Below, in pieces: positions 1 through 19,241 of a stretch of DNA of 64,000 bases (its first letter is position 1; every line of letters begins with the position of its first letter). The stretch is taken from NCBI RefSeq assembly GCF_009914755.1, contig NC_060941.1; one strand, written 5' to 3'. Both the position numbers and the translations under genes were made by a program. The notes under the pieces are model-generated. The model did no database searches and was not told where the DNA came from. It was given only the letters and a program-made list of their open reading frames with translations. Source of the stretch: the human T2T-CHM13v2.0 reference genome, Homo sapiens.

Positions 1-890
1 AAAGTGCTGGGATTACAGGTGTGAGCCACCGCGCCCAGCCTTAACGCCTTTTTCAAAGAGTCTTAAACAATTAGTTTTATCTTTTCTCTCTGTCAGTGTT
101 TATTCTTTTTTGCTTTATTCTTGATTTAAGCTCTAGTTTTCAAGGATGCCTTTTTTTTGTACTCAAGTAAAACCAGGATGCATTTTTTTTCTTTTTTCAA
201 CCCTATTAACTGACAAGATGCATTGTTAATTGGTGTTAAAAGCACATGATTTCTAGTTTCTGTTATTTAATCATTCTAATAGACATAACAGAATAGAAAT
301 AATGTCTTTCCAGTGCAATGAATTCCTATCTTGCTCAAGAGGTTTGTATTTTGAAAGTTCACTTATCAGTGAGTTACTTGGAACAAAAAAATATTTTTTC
401 CCTAGACATAGGATAGTGTAATTAATGGACATAATGCTTCTAACATCGCTTACAAAAGACTAATCCATTGTGTAATGAACTATGATGTTATAGAAATTGA
501 CCTGCATTTGTTGACTTATTTTAACTTGGAAAGTTAGGAACACACATTAATAGTAAGAAAGGAAAGCCAGCTCTTTCTCCTTCTTCAGCAGTGAAAATGA
601 GGCAGCCTCTTTTCCATTGAGCTGTGCCAACAAGAATGGGTCTCCTATGAATCTGGTAGCAGCAAGAAGTAGAAAGGAGGTTCTGGTTGTCCACCAACCA
701 GCAGCCTGCAGTGAAAGGAGATCCAGCAATTAAGACATAAATTAATTCACAACAGCTATTATTACTTGAGACCATTTCTTTTATTGCTGAAGCATTGGGA
801 TTAAATTAAACTGGAATTACTAAACTCTAAATTGACTAAATTAGGACTAAGGACTAAATTCCTAAATCAGTTTTGCTTTTTCTTTTCTAG

Positions 891-942
891 CTTACTAATG
901 AGGAAAGCTTTGTTTGACCACCTAACTGCTCGAGGCATTCAA
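891..942 (+). CDS. GDPD1: GDPD1 penultimate coding exon (52 nt; ..LLMRKALFDHLTARGIQ)
   Basis: Polypyrimidine tract and AG acceptor (ttttctag, 889-890); donor CAA|GTAAGT at 943. Translation matches the remembered GDPD1/GDE4 C-terminal region and splices in frame to 1758. Confidence 0.95.
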
Positions 943-993
943 GTAAGTTTCTGGAATGATGCATTTTGGAAGCAGCATAGCTCACCAGTTTAA
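943..993 (+). CDS. GDPD1: Alternative GDPD1 C-terminus by read-through into the last intron (VSFWNDAFWKQHSSPV*)
   Basis: Frame stays open 16 codons past the donor to TAA at 991-993; AATAAA at 1105-1110. Consistent with a shorter ~290-aa isoform that I recall but did not verify. Confidence 0.55.
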   Translation, partial: VSFWNDAFWKQHSSPV

Positions 994-1104
994 CACAAAT
1001 ATAAAGGGCAAGAACTTTTAACTGACTTAGTTTGGCCCTTGACTCTGATGCTGCTGCTTTACTGATCCACAAATGAGGACCTTAAGCTCTTCCTTACACT
1101 TAGC

Positions 1105-1110
1105 AATAAA
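1105..1110 (+). terminator. Candidate intronic polyadenylation signal of GDPD1
   Basis: AATAAA about 110 nt after the read-through stop at 993. Confidence 0.45.
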
Positions 1111-1154
1111 GCATTGGCATTTCTGGATCTAGATTCCTCTTATGTACAGAATAG

Positions 1155-1535
<381 letters not shown>

Positions 1536-1757
1536 GGAGTCTGTATATTTAACAAGCACCATGAATTTTTTTTTAACACTCCTCATTCCTGTAAGGAACA
1601 AAGTGGAATTTTAAAAAAGGATCTAATGATTTATTTAAATGATAGCTTTAAAAGGTTATTTCTAAATGTACCAAGACTGTAGTGGATAAATACTGTTATA
1701 AAAATAATTTTCTATTTTAACATTTCTTCTCATACTTCTCACACTTCTAATTTTCAG

Positions 1758-1880
1758 GTGTATATTTGGGTATTAAATGAAGAACAAGAATACAAAAGAG
1801 CTTTTGATTTGGGAGCAACTGGGGTGATGACAGACTATCCAACAAAGCTTAGGGATTTTTTACATAACTTTTCAGCATAG
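1758..1880 (+). CDS. GDPD1: GDPD1 terminal coding exon (VYIWVLNEEQEYKRAFDLGATGVMTDYPTKLRDFLHNFSA*)
   Basis: Acceptor ttctaattttcag|GTG; 40 codons plus TAG at 1878-1880. Contains the GDPD-family C-terminal motifs (W-V-L-N; G-V-M-T-D-Y-P). Confidence 0.96.
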   Translation: MYIWVLNEEQEYKRAFDLGATGVMTDYPTKLRDFLHNFSA

Positions 1881-2202
1881 AAAAAGAGGTACTTAGAAGT
1901 ATTGAAGGAAAAAATGAAGACCTAAGAAAAAAATATTTCATGATCATTTCCCTAAGCCATTTCCAGAATGGTAAAAGGTTTAATCAGTTTTTATTACCTC
2001 ATTTTTAAGCCTGTATGAGAATGTAGAAACTATATATTATATGTATATTTATTTTAAATAATATTGTATATTTTATGTTTGTAAATTGTTTAGAAAGATA
2101 ATTGGTTATGAGATGTAAGTTTTAATTTCTTAATGTGCATTTTTGTTTCTAGATCTTATACAGAAATCTTGATTAATAACATACACAGAAATGTACATAC
2201 TA

Positions 2203-2280
2203 CATCATCTACAGAAATCTTGATCAATAACCTAGAAACTAGGTTATCTAGGTTATTGATCAAGATTTCTGTAGATGATG
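2203..2280. repeat. Perfect 34-bp inverted repeat (hairpin) with 10-nt loop
   Basis: 2203-2236 catcatctacagaaatcttgatcaataacctaga is the exact reverse complement of 2247-2280. Confidence 0.95.
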
Positions 2281-2336
2281 CAGTGTTCTATCATAAGTAA
2301 TTCTGGAATCAAAGACTATTGGATACATTTGGCATT

Positions 2337-2900
<564 letters not shown>

Positions 2901-2938
2901 TTGGCAATAGTCTTCACTGGAATACAATCAATTAGTAA

Positions 2939-3277
<339 letters not shown>

Positions 3278-4047
3278 TAGTGTCTTGTTATTTCTAGGTG
3301 TACCTTAGTTAAAGAGGAAAAATAAAACGGAAAAAAGCTTGGAAATCAGTGATGTGTAGTTATTTGGCAAGTTATACATAATCAGCAGCAGCCAGGCTCA
3401 AGAAAATAAAAGTTGATTAGTTGATCAGAAATAAAATCTGTAGAGTGAATTAGATTTCTGAGTTGTTGTTGTTAATGGAACATTCTATTTGAGACCTTTT
3501 TCAGGTGTGTAGCAATTCTACCATGTCCATTTTTTTAAGCATTAAAAAGGAACTTACCAGTTGTAAATTAAGACAAGATCCAAATAGTCATATTTTTGTG
3601 TTTCCTCTAAAAAAATGTAAGATTTCCATTTTTGGCATTGACTAACTGAGCCTACATCTAGATTTTAAATACCATCTTGAATCCTAATAATTAAACTGAT
3701 GAAAGTGCATATCATTGTTCCTAACATTTATGAACCCCCATAAAGATGTTCCTGATCTTTAAAACTCATTAATCTGAGTATTAAGTAGAAACAGAATTTT
3801 CCAAAGCATTAGACATCACTTTCTCAGTTTATCTGAGGTGACTTCGTGTACATCTGTTTCTAATATATTTGACTAATTTTCATGATCTCAGATTGTGAGG
3901 TAAATGTAATCTGGAATAATAAGTGTCTTTTACCTAGATTACATCTCTCATTTGGAGTTTGGCAATGAAACTGCTATGAAGAATGACTGTACTCTCCTAT
4001 CTGTCCCTGGATGACATAAATATCATTTGCTTTGTTGTTTAAACTGA

Positions 4048-4095
4048 AATAAAGTTTTCCAAGAACAAAGTAAGCATTCTTCATTCTTTTTCAGT
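4048..4095 (+). terminator. GDPD1 polyadenylation signal and downstream U-rich element
   Basis: AATAAA at 4048-4053, upstream TGTA near 3988, downstream ttcttcattcttttt. Further AATAAA at 3321, 3405, 3430 and 4165 could be alternative sites. Confidence 0.7.
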
Positions 4096-4626
4096 TTTAA
4101 TTCCAAATATACTTTATAGATTTTTTTGCAGAATTTAATGAGGTGATGCTTTAATCATATGAATAATAAATGCACCTGAGATTTCTCTCTAGTAAAGAAA
4201 AGAAAATATGGAAACACTTTTATGGTAAGAAAGTTACTTCTTGGCATTTGAACAAATAACTTGGGAGGGTAATCCACTGAATCAGTCATTTTCAATTTCA
4301 CTTATTGTAACTTATGGTTATAGTTGCTAGGGATCATTTTGATCATCTTTGATAGAATTCTTTTTGTTATTTCTCCTTTCTAAATTTTGCTTTGTTATGA
4401 TTCAGAACAGATCATATTAAAGGGCCAGCTTATATTTTATGTAAACCAGTAGAAGAAAAAGTACCCAACAAGGTAAAGATGTTTAGAAAATAATGTTTCA
4501 AAAGTTTGGTGATTTTATAGTCAAGGTGACTTTAATTTTCTTAATAAAAACATAGTATTTTCTAACAAGGAAGTTGGTCATCATTCAGTTAACATCTGAA
4601 TTCTGCTTTTTGATAGGGGCATCAAG

Positions 4627-4920
4627 TTTTTTGTTTGTTTGTTTGTTTGTTTTTTGAGACAGGGTCTTGCTCTGCCACCCAGGCTGGAGTGCAGTGGCTC
4701 AGTCTCCACTCACTGTAGCCCCAACCTCCCTGGCTCCAGTGATACTCCTACCTCAGCCTCCTGAGTAGCTGCCAGTACAGGAGTACACCACCACACCCTG
4801 CTAATTTTTGTATTTTTTTGTAGAGACAGGGTTGCTCCATGTTGCCCATGGCTCAAGCAATCTGCCCGACTTGGCCTCCCAAAGTGCTGGGATTACAGGC
4901 ACGAGCCACTGCGCCCGGCC
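4627..4920 (-). mobile_element. AluJ-like element
   Basis: Diverged reverse-complement Alu with a (TTTG)n tail. Confidence 0.8.
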
Positions 4921-5630
4921 TCAGAATTTCTTAAAGCTCTCATTTCAGTTCTAGAAATTGAGGAGTGGGGAGGGACTACAGGGAGTCATCTCATAGCCAC
5001 ACTGTGAAGAAAGGATGGCTGTGATGGGTTGAGAAAACAGAACATAAATAATAAATCATAGTATGCTCCAGTATGGGAAACCATTAATATATAACACAGC
5101 CTGAATGATTTTGCCTAGAGTTATGCAAAATGGTGACCCCAGAAAGAATCCATTGGAAAAAAAAAAATCAAAAGAGATTCTGCAATAGATAAGAATGACA
5201 AGTTAAGGGTGGCCATGAATGCCAGGCTGAAGAGTTTGTTCTAAACTGAAAGTCATACAGCTCAAGTAGATGGCTAAACTTGAGACAATGGAAACAAGAA
5301 CCAAAACTGCTAGGCAATAATATGACATAATGATTTCAGACACAAAAGAAAAATGTGAAAAACAGTCTGCAACCAGGCCTCAAAACAAAAGCAGAACTAA
5401 AGAAGTCAGATGCAAGCGTCAGAGAGGAAATCAAAATGCTCGGAGCATACGAAGACATTTTCTGTGCCTCATTTAGGTAGCGCTGAAAAATTAATGTTTG
5501 GAAAGTTGATCATCCTATAATCTGAAAGAAAGATACAAGCCTAGAGCAGAGAACTGTCCAGAAACCAGGTCAGAAGTCTAAACAGATTAATACAAATCTA
5601 AATTGCCATTAGATGGCATAAAAATTTGGT

Positions 5631-6673
<1,043 letters not shown>

Positions 6674-8055
6674 TTACAAAGCTGCAAAAAAATGGGGAAC
6701 CTGGAGAGGAGAAACAATGTGGTGGTAAAGATGATGAATGTGGGCGCACTTGAGTTTGAAAGGGCAAAAAGAAGTTTGAGTGGCTATGCTTTAGATATAT
6801 TCGCCCTTGGATGAAAGGCTAAATCTGGAGGAATAGATTTAGGCATTTCCTGTACTTCACAGGTATGAATTTGCAAAGTTAGCTCTTTAGAGGTGATATT
6901 AGTTGCTTCTCAGTATACTACTTGCAATTTGAATAGTACCATGCCACCAGATGCCTAGTTCGTGAATGCCTAGTGAGACTGAATAATAACATACAACATA
7001 ACAAATGATCTCATTCATTTATGCCTTTTTCTTTCAAAAGTAGAGAGCTCTATTAAAACAGACATAATTTTTTTTTTTTTTTGAGATGGAGTCTTACTCT
7101 GTCTCCCAGGCTGGAGTGCAATGGTGCAATCTTGGCTCACTGCAACCTCTGCTCTCGGGTTCAAGCGATTCTCTTGCTTCAGCCTCCCAAGTAGCTGGGA
7201 CTACAGGCACATGCCACCACACCCAGCTAATTTTTGTACTTTTAGTGGAGATGCACTTTCACCATGTGGCCACGGTGGTCTTGAACTCTTGACCTCAAGT
7301 GTTGCACCCACCTCGGCCTCCCAAAGTGCTGGGATTACAGGCGTGAATCACCGTGCCCAGCCAAAACAGGCATAATTTTAACTCATCGCATTATTTATGA
7401 AAAGAATACATTATTCTGGTTTGTTGAGTAGTTTTTAAATTTAGTTTTTTAAAGTCCTAAGATAACAAGGCAGGTCCTGGACAGCCTCTCCTGGGCAAGA
7501 GGAGGCTGAGCAGGTGTAGCAGGTTACCCATTCCCACTTTGATGAGAGCTGCTCCACTTTTTTCTGTTTCATATATGAGTTCAACATAAAATTGATTTGA
7601 AATAGGAATTATCTGCAAAAACCTTTTTTGCATTCTTTGTTCTAAGATTTTTCCCTCCGGACTTTAATAGAACCTCCCTCTCTCCCCTCCTCTTCCTCTC
7701 TTTCTTCTTCCCTCCCTTCCTTCCCTGATAACTCACTCAAAGCCTTTTAAAAATTCAGTCAGTTCCCTTAATGGTTTATGATTATTTTTTTCTGGTCAGA
7801 AACTTCTCAAGAACAACCAATAGGTGGGGAAGGAGGGGTGAGAGACAGGCATAGGATATGAACAGCTAATTCACAAGTGTAAATGGCCAAGAGACATGAA
7901 AAATGTTTAACTTCCCTCATAATAAAAGACTTACAAAATGAAATGATATTGAATATGATACTAATTCCCGACTCTCAGGTAAGCAAGAATGAAAGTGTTG
8001 ATGAGAGGCATAGGAGAACAAGCACTCATAAACTGTTGGTAGGAATATAAATTGA

Positions 8056-8289
<234 letters not shown>

Positions 8290-8876
8290 TAAACTCCTGG
8301 GCTCAAGCCATCTGCTCACCTCAGCCTCACAAAGTGTTGGGAATATAGGTGTGAGCTACAACACTTGGCCTTGGCAGAACACTTCTAGGATAAATTTGAC
8401 AGTACCTTCAAATACATCCTTTCATCAGAAATTCCAGTGCTAGGAATAATATTCCAAGAAAAAAATAGGATGAGTGTCCAAAGATACATATGCAGAGTGA
8501 AAAATTGGAAACAACCTAAATATACAACATTAAAGGACTGGTTAGGCCAGGCATGGTGGGTCACACTTGTAATCCCAGCACTTGGGGAGGCCAAGGCGGG
8601 CGGATCACTTGAGGCCAGGAGTTCCAGACCAGCTAACAAGGCAAAACCCCGTCTCTACTAAAAATACAAAAAAAAGTAGATGGGTGTGGTGGTGCGGGCC
8701 TGTAGTCGCAGCTCCTTGGGAGGCTGAGTCACCAGAATCACTTGAACCTCCCGGGAGACGGAGGTTGCAGTGAGCCAAGATCACACCAGTGCACTCCAGC
8801 CTGGCTGACAGAATTAGACTTCATCTCAAACAAAACAAAACAAAAAACAGTGAGGGAGGCCGGGCGTGGTGGCTCA

Positions 8877-9587
<711 letters not shown>

Positions 9588-9735
9588 GAAGGAGTCTTGC
9601 TCTGTTGCCCAGGCTGGATCTCAGCTCACTGCAAGCTCTGCCTCAGCCTCCCGAGTAGCTGGGACTACAGGCACCCGCCACCATGCCCCGCCTTTTTTTT
9701 TTTTTTTTTTTTTAAGTTTATTTAACAAAATGTAT

Positions 9736-10030
<295 letters not shown>

Positions 10031-10222
10031 CAAAATCGCAAAACAAGGGACTGGTTAAATAAATTATGATAGATCCTTGTAAAATATGAATGTTCTATAT
10101 CTAGTGATATGAGAATATTAAGTGAAAACACTAAGCCACAAAATTGTGTATTGTGTAAATAAAAAATATTCATCTTAAAGGTCTGAAATGCTATCTGCCA
10201 ATGTTAATAGTGTTTTTTTTTA

Positions 10223-10561
<339 letters not shown>

Positions 10562-12294
10562 TCAACTCAGTTGTGATTTCACAAGTCATCAACAAAAGAG
10601 TTAATCATTGAAATTAAGAGAAAAAGCTGAAGGAAGAGTTCAGTAGGAAAAAGAATGACCCAGAAAGTCAAGTTTGGAATATGCTCAAGGGAGAGAAGGT
10701 GTGGTCTGAGAAATAGAAGCAAGGGAGAGTATGTTTTCAACCCCATGAAAACAGAATTTAAGAGAAAAGGTAGGCTGGGCGCGGTGGCTCAAGCCTGTAA
10801 TCCCAGCACTTTGAGAGGCTGAAGTGGGTGGATCATTTGAGGTCAGGAGTTCGAGACCAGCCTGACCAACATGGTGAAACCTGGTCTCTACTGAAAATAC
10901 AAAAAATTAGCCGGTGTGGTGGTGCACATCTGTAATTCCAGCTTCTTGGGACGCTGTGGCACGAGAATTGCTTGAACTCAGGAGGTTGCAGTGAGCTGAG
11001 ATCGTGCGACTGCACTCCATCCTGGGCGACAGAGCAAGACTCCATCTCAAAAAAAGAAAGAAAGAAGGTGATTATCATCAATGCCCAAAAGAGAATACTG
11101 AGATTAAGGGCCAGAAAAGGGATAACTGCGTTTTTTTTTTTGTTTTTTTTTTTGAGATAGAGTTTCTCTCTGTCACCCAGGCTGGAGTGCCGTGCCATCC
11201 TCATGGCTTACTACAGCCTTGACCTCCTAGGCTTAAGCGACCCTCCCACTTCAACCTTTAGAGTAGCTGAGACTACAGGCTTGCGCCATGACGCCTGGCT
11301 GATTTTTGTATTGTTTGTAGAGATGAGGTTTCGCCATGCTGCCCAGGCTGGTCTCAAACTCCTGAGCAATCCACACTCCTTGGCCTCCCAAAGTGCTGGG
11401 TTTACAGGCATGAGCCACCGCACCTGGCCTGCATTTGTTTCAAAAGGAGGCCTCTGTAACTATGATTCAATTATCTCTATAGTTGATGGAACTGATATGA
11501 GACTGCAAAGGAATCAAGAGGACTGAATTATACTAAATGAGGCTAGTAAAAATCAGCCACTTATTCACAGGAATTAGAAAATCAAGACATCTGAAAGGGC
11601 AGCAGTATCAAGTGAGTTGTGTTCTATGTGGGAGGCTTATAAATGTGTGAAAACAAGAAGGAGCTAGTGGAGAGATTGGAGATATTGGAGAGAGAGGACA
11701 TGTGAGCAATGATCGCTTCAAGACTGTGTGGCTTGTAATTTATTCAACGAATCCTTAGATTCGCTGAATGCCTGCCTTGCCAAGCACCTGTGAATCATAC
11801 TGAACATTTCCTGCCCTTGGTACTTATGGTCTAGTTAAGTTATCCAGAGCTGAGAGAAGGAAGAGGTATCTTTTTTATACATACTTCAGGGAAGGATGGG
11901 AAGAAAAGTATAAAAGACTGGGATGGGCCAGGCACCGTGGCTCACGCCTGTAATCCCAGCACTTTGGGAGGCCGAGGCGGGCAGATCACCTGAGGTCAGG
12001 AGTTCGAGACCAGCCTGGCCAAAATGGTGAAACCCCATCTCTACTAAAAATACAAAATTAGTCAGGCGTGGTGGTGCAGGCCTGTAATCCCAGCTACTCG
12101 GGAGCCTGAAGCAGGAGAATTGCTTGAACCTGGAGGTGGAGGTTGCAGTGAGCCAAGATTGTGCCATCTGCACTCCAGCCTGGCCAAAAAGAGCAAAACT
12201 CCATCTCAAAAAAAAAAAAAAAAAAAAAAGAAAGACTGGGATGATTTGCACTTGAAAGAGGATAAAGTAGTAAAGCCAACTAGTGTGGTCTGTT

Positions 12295-12469
12295 ACTCTT
12301 CTTATAGGACATCAGTCCTATAGGATTAGGGCCCGCCCTTATGACTTCACTTAACCTTAATACCTGCTGAAGACTCAGTCTTCAAATACAGTCACACTGG
12401 GGGTCAGGGCTTACACATATGAATTTGGTGGGGGAGGGGGGCGTGGGGGGCACAATTTAGTTCATAACA
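12295..12469 (-). mobile_element. MLT1 (MaLR) LTR fragment
   Basis: gattagggcccgcccttatgacttcacttaacc...caaatacagtcaca...cacaatttagttcataaca, typical of an MLT1 5' end in reverse. Confidence 0.7.
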
Positions 12470-12709
12470 GGTGGGGATGGGGGTCAAAGCAGAGAGCTGG
12501 AGATTGGTTATGTGCGAGAGGAGGCAGAGATGGGAAGGGGAAAAGGCAGCACTTGCAGCTGACCACAGAAGGGCTAGGAGAGAGAAGAAATCTAGTGTAG
12601 CCAGGGATTGTCAGAAAGAGGTTGTGTATTTCTTTGTTTCCTTGGATACCTACTTGGAGATTTAGAGTATTGATAACAAACAATCTAGATCACTAGGGGG
12701 AGGAAATAA

Positions 12710-13036
<327 letters not shown>

Positions 13037-13771
13037 TGATTAATTTGAGGAATAGTGAATTTGAAAGTTTGGGCATTGTTAAAAAACGGTAAATGTTACA
13101 TTTATGTGAAGTTTAAATTTTTCTTCACATTTACATGTATTCCTGTGTTTCTTACTACAACCTGGTAGAGCAGTTGAGATTATCACCTTCCTGTTTTTTA
13201 TATGAAACTGTGAGTTAGATGATACCTTCAAAGGGAATTTACAGGGTCACCTGGCTAGAAGTGATGTGGTTGGGTCTCCTTAACCTTCCAACTCACTCTC
13301 ACTTTTCTAATTTTTCTTCCATTCACCATTCAATGCTGAGAGAAACGTAAAAAGCCGGGAGAAAGGGCAGTTGCAATGTTATGCTATAGAAAGTAAACTT
13401 TCCAAATAAAAGCTACAAAACAGAAAATTCCCATATGCCAAATGTACTTACTGTTCCCTTACTTAAACACTATTAATAGCATTTGTGGAGATAGGAATCA
13501 AGCTACTATTCCCATGAATAACTGAAACCATTGCCTGTGGGAACAGATGGAAAACTATACCACTACCTTTTTGAGAAATTAAGAAATCCCAGGTAAGAAC
13601 AAAGTAATATTAAACATTTGTCATTCAACACTCAGAATTGGTTTGGCTTATACAACTAGATAGATGAATAGTGGGGTCACTTACTGAGATGGAGAAAACT
13701 GAGAAGGAAACAGATTTCCAATGGGAATGTGAAACATTCTGATTCAATTCACATTTTGAGAAACATTATCC

Positions 13772-13804
13772 ATCACTTCTCAGCCTTTTGGCTAAGATCA
13801 AGTG
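13772..13804 (+). pseudogene. 3'-truncated U2 snRNA retrocopy (nt 1-33)
   Basis: atcacttctcagccttttggctaagatcaagtg versus U2 ATCGCTTCTCGGCCTTTTGGCTAAGATCAAGTG (two CpG transitions); flanked by direct repeat tgagaaacat at 13757-13766 and 13803-13812. Confidence 0.9.
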
Positions 13805-13909
13805 AGAAACATCCCAAGCCCAAGTATGCATACCTTAGGCTCAACAAAATGACTAGACAACTTCAACCCTACTTTGAAGGAAGGAATTCAGTTAACCTTT
13901 ATTTAGTAC

Positions 13910-14212
<303 letters not shown>

Positions 14213-14624
14213 TGAGTTGCTAGGGTTACAGGTGCTTGCCACCATGCCTGGATAATTTTTGTATTTTTAGTAGAGACGGGGTTTCACCATGTTGGCCAGG
14301 CTTGTCTCAAATCCCTGACCTGAAGTGATCTGCCCACCTCCGCCTCCCAAAGTCCTGGGATTACAGGCGTGCGCCACCGTCCCCAGCCTTTAATCCTAAA
14401 TCTTGAGAGAGCAAGTTCAAAGCTGTTTTTAACACAAGCGCTGCTATTCTTTCTCCGTAACCTTTGTCACTGAACTTCTTAAATAATACTTTGGAAAGAG
14501 TGTCGTAAAAGAAATAAAATTTGGCTGAATGCAGTGGCTTATGCCTATAATCCCAGTACTTTGGGAGGCCGAGGCAGGAGGGCTGCTTAAGGCCAGGAGT
14601 TCGAGGCCAGCTTGGGCAACATAG

Positions 14625-14831
<207 letters not shown>

Positions 14832-16134
14832 TAGTAGAGAAGGGGTTTCACCGTGTTGGTCAGGCTGGTCTCGAACTCCTGACCTTGTGATCCACCCGCC
14901 TCAGCCTCCCAAAGTGCTGGGATTGAAGGCATAAGCCACCGTGCCCAGCCTCTCTACAAAAAAATTTTTAATTAGCAGGGCATGGTGGTGCACACCTGTA
15001 GTCGTAGCTACTCGGGAGGCTGAGGAAGGAGGATCACTTGAGTCAAGGAGTTTGAGGCTGCGGTCAGCTATGATCATGTCACTACACTCCGGCCTGGGCA
15101 ACTCTCTTAAAAAAAAGGAAAAAAGAAAATTAACTCTCATGTGATTGTTTTCCTTTCTCTTCCAAGTAAGATTTTGGATTAAATACACTAACGTTTGATG
15201 CTTAATGTTTAATATTAACGTTGATGTCTAATACAACTGCTGTATGGTGTTATGGAGAGAATTTTTTTCACTTCTTCATTCTAACCATTTTCATCATATT
15301 TATGAAAGAAAGAAATTTGAATTTTTAAAAATACAGGCATTTCACCTTTTCTGTCTTCTGTTCTCTTGGAGGCCAAATAGTAAAATTTACTGATGATGAG
15401 TCTATAGTTGTGTCTACTTATGCGGAAAGTACAGATGAACTATATAATCCTTCACAAGTTCTTTCCTAACCCTTCTCTTTCTCTTTTTTTATTTTTAATG
15501 TTTTTAAACAAGATCTCACTCTGTCACCCAGGTTGGAGTGCAGTGGCACCATCATAACTCACTGCAACCTTGACCTCCCAGGCCCAAGTGATCCTCCTGC
15601 CTTGGCTAATTTTTTGTTGCATTTTTTTGTAGAGACAGGGTCTCCCTATGTTGTCCAGGCTGGTCTCAAACTCCTGGGTTCAAGCAATCCTCCTGCCTCG
15701 GCCTCCTAAAGTGCTGGGATTAGAGGCATGAGTCACCATGCCCAACCAACACCCTTCTCCTCTGTGGCTGATTCATTTCCCTTTTTGATGGATATGCCTG
15801 CAGTCATCATTTTTTAGGTCATGTGATTCTGAAATAAGAAACATTTAGGCACTTTTGCAAAATATAACAGGATGCACCTGGTCCTACTGATCACTAAGAA
15901 CAATCCAAATTTAACCTATCAGAAACTTAAGATAAATGATATCCTCTTAGAAGAAAGAAACCTCTTGACTCAGATGAGGAAAGCTGAGAAGTATGACATT
16001 TCCCTAGGGAAAATATTATAGTTTTCTAAATTCATTCATTTTTGGAATAACTTCTCCCAAATAACTTGTTTTTTAAAGTTATTACAACCACTCACACCTA
16101 TAAGAATGGCTACTATTTTAAAAATACAAAAACA

Positions 16135-17890
<1,756 letters not shown>

Positions 17891-18210
17891 AAATAACCAG
17901 CAGTCTTTGAAAAACACTTTGAGGAGAAAGAACTTTGACTCCAGGGGAGGAGAGCAAGGTTGTAAACACGGCTCTGCTCATACTGGCCCAGTCCTATCTG
18001 ATGTTGTCCAACCCAATAATCTGGAGTCAAAAATAAATCTTCCAGATCTTCTAGTTGAGACTTAACTAAATAAGAGCTGTATTTGCCCTTGGATACAAGT
18101 ACAAAGAGGGGGCCTAGGGCCACTAGATTTTTCAGGTCTCTAATCCTGAGGTTGAGCAAAGCTATCAAGGGTTGCTGCTTCAGTTTCCTTAAGGTAATCA
18201 GAGGCCAAGA

Positions 18211-19241
<1,031 letters not shown>

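Noticed and set aside
2203-2280. Hairpin as a MADE1/miR-548-type MITE
   Set aside because: Lacks the MADE1 terminal sequence (TTAGGTTGGTGCAAAAG); the local direct repeats favour in situ origin.
18037-18051. atcttc copies matching the LTR5 5' flank (19022-19027) as a possible TSD
   Set aside because: The intervening 18052-18210 does not resemble LTR5 U5; a 6-mer match is likely chance.
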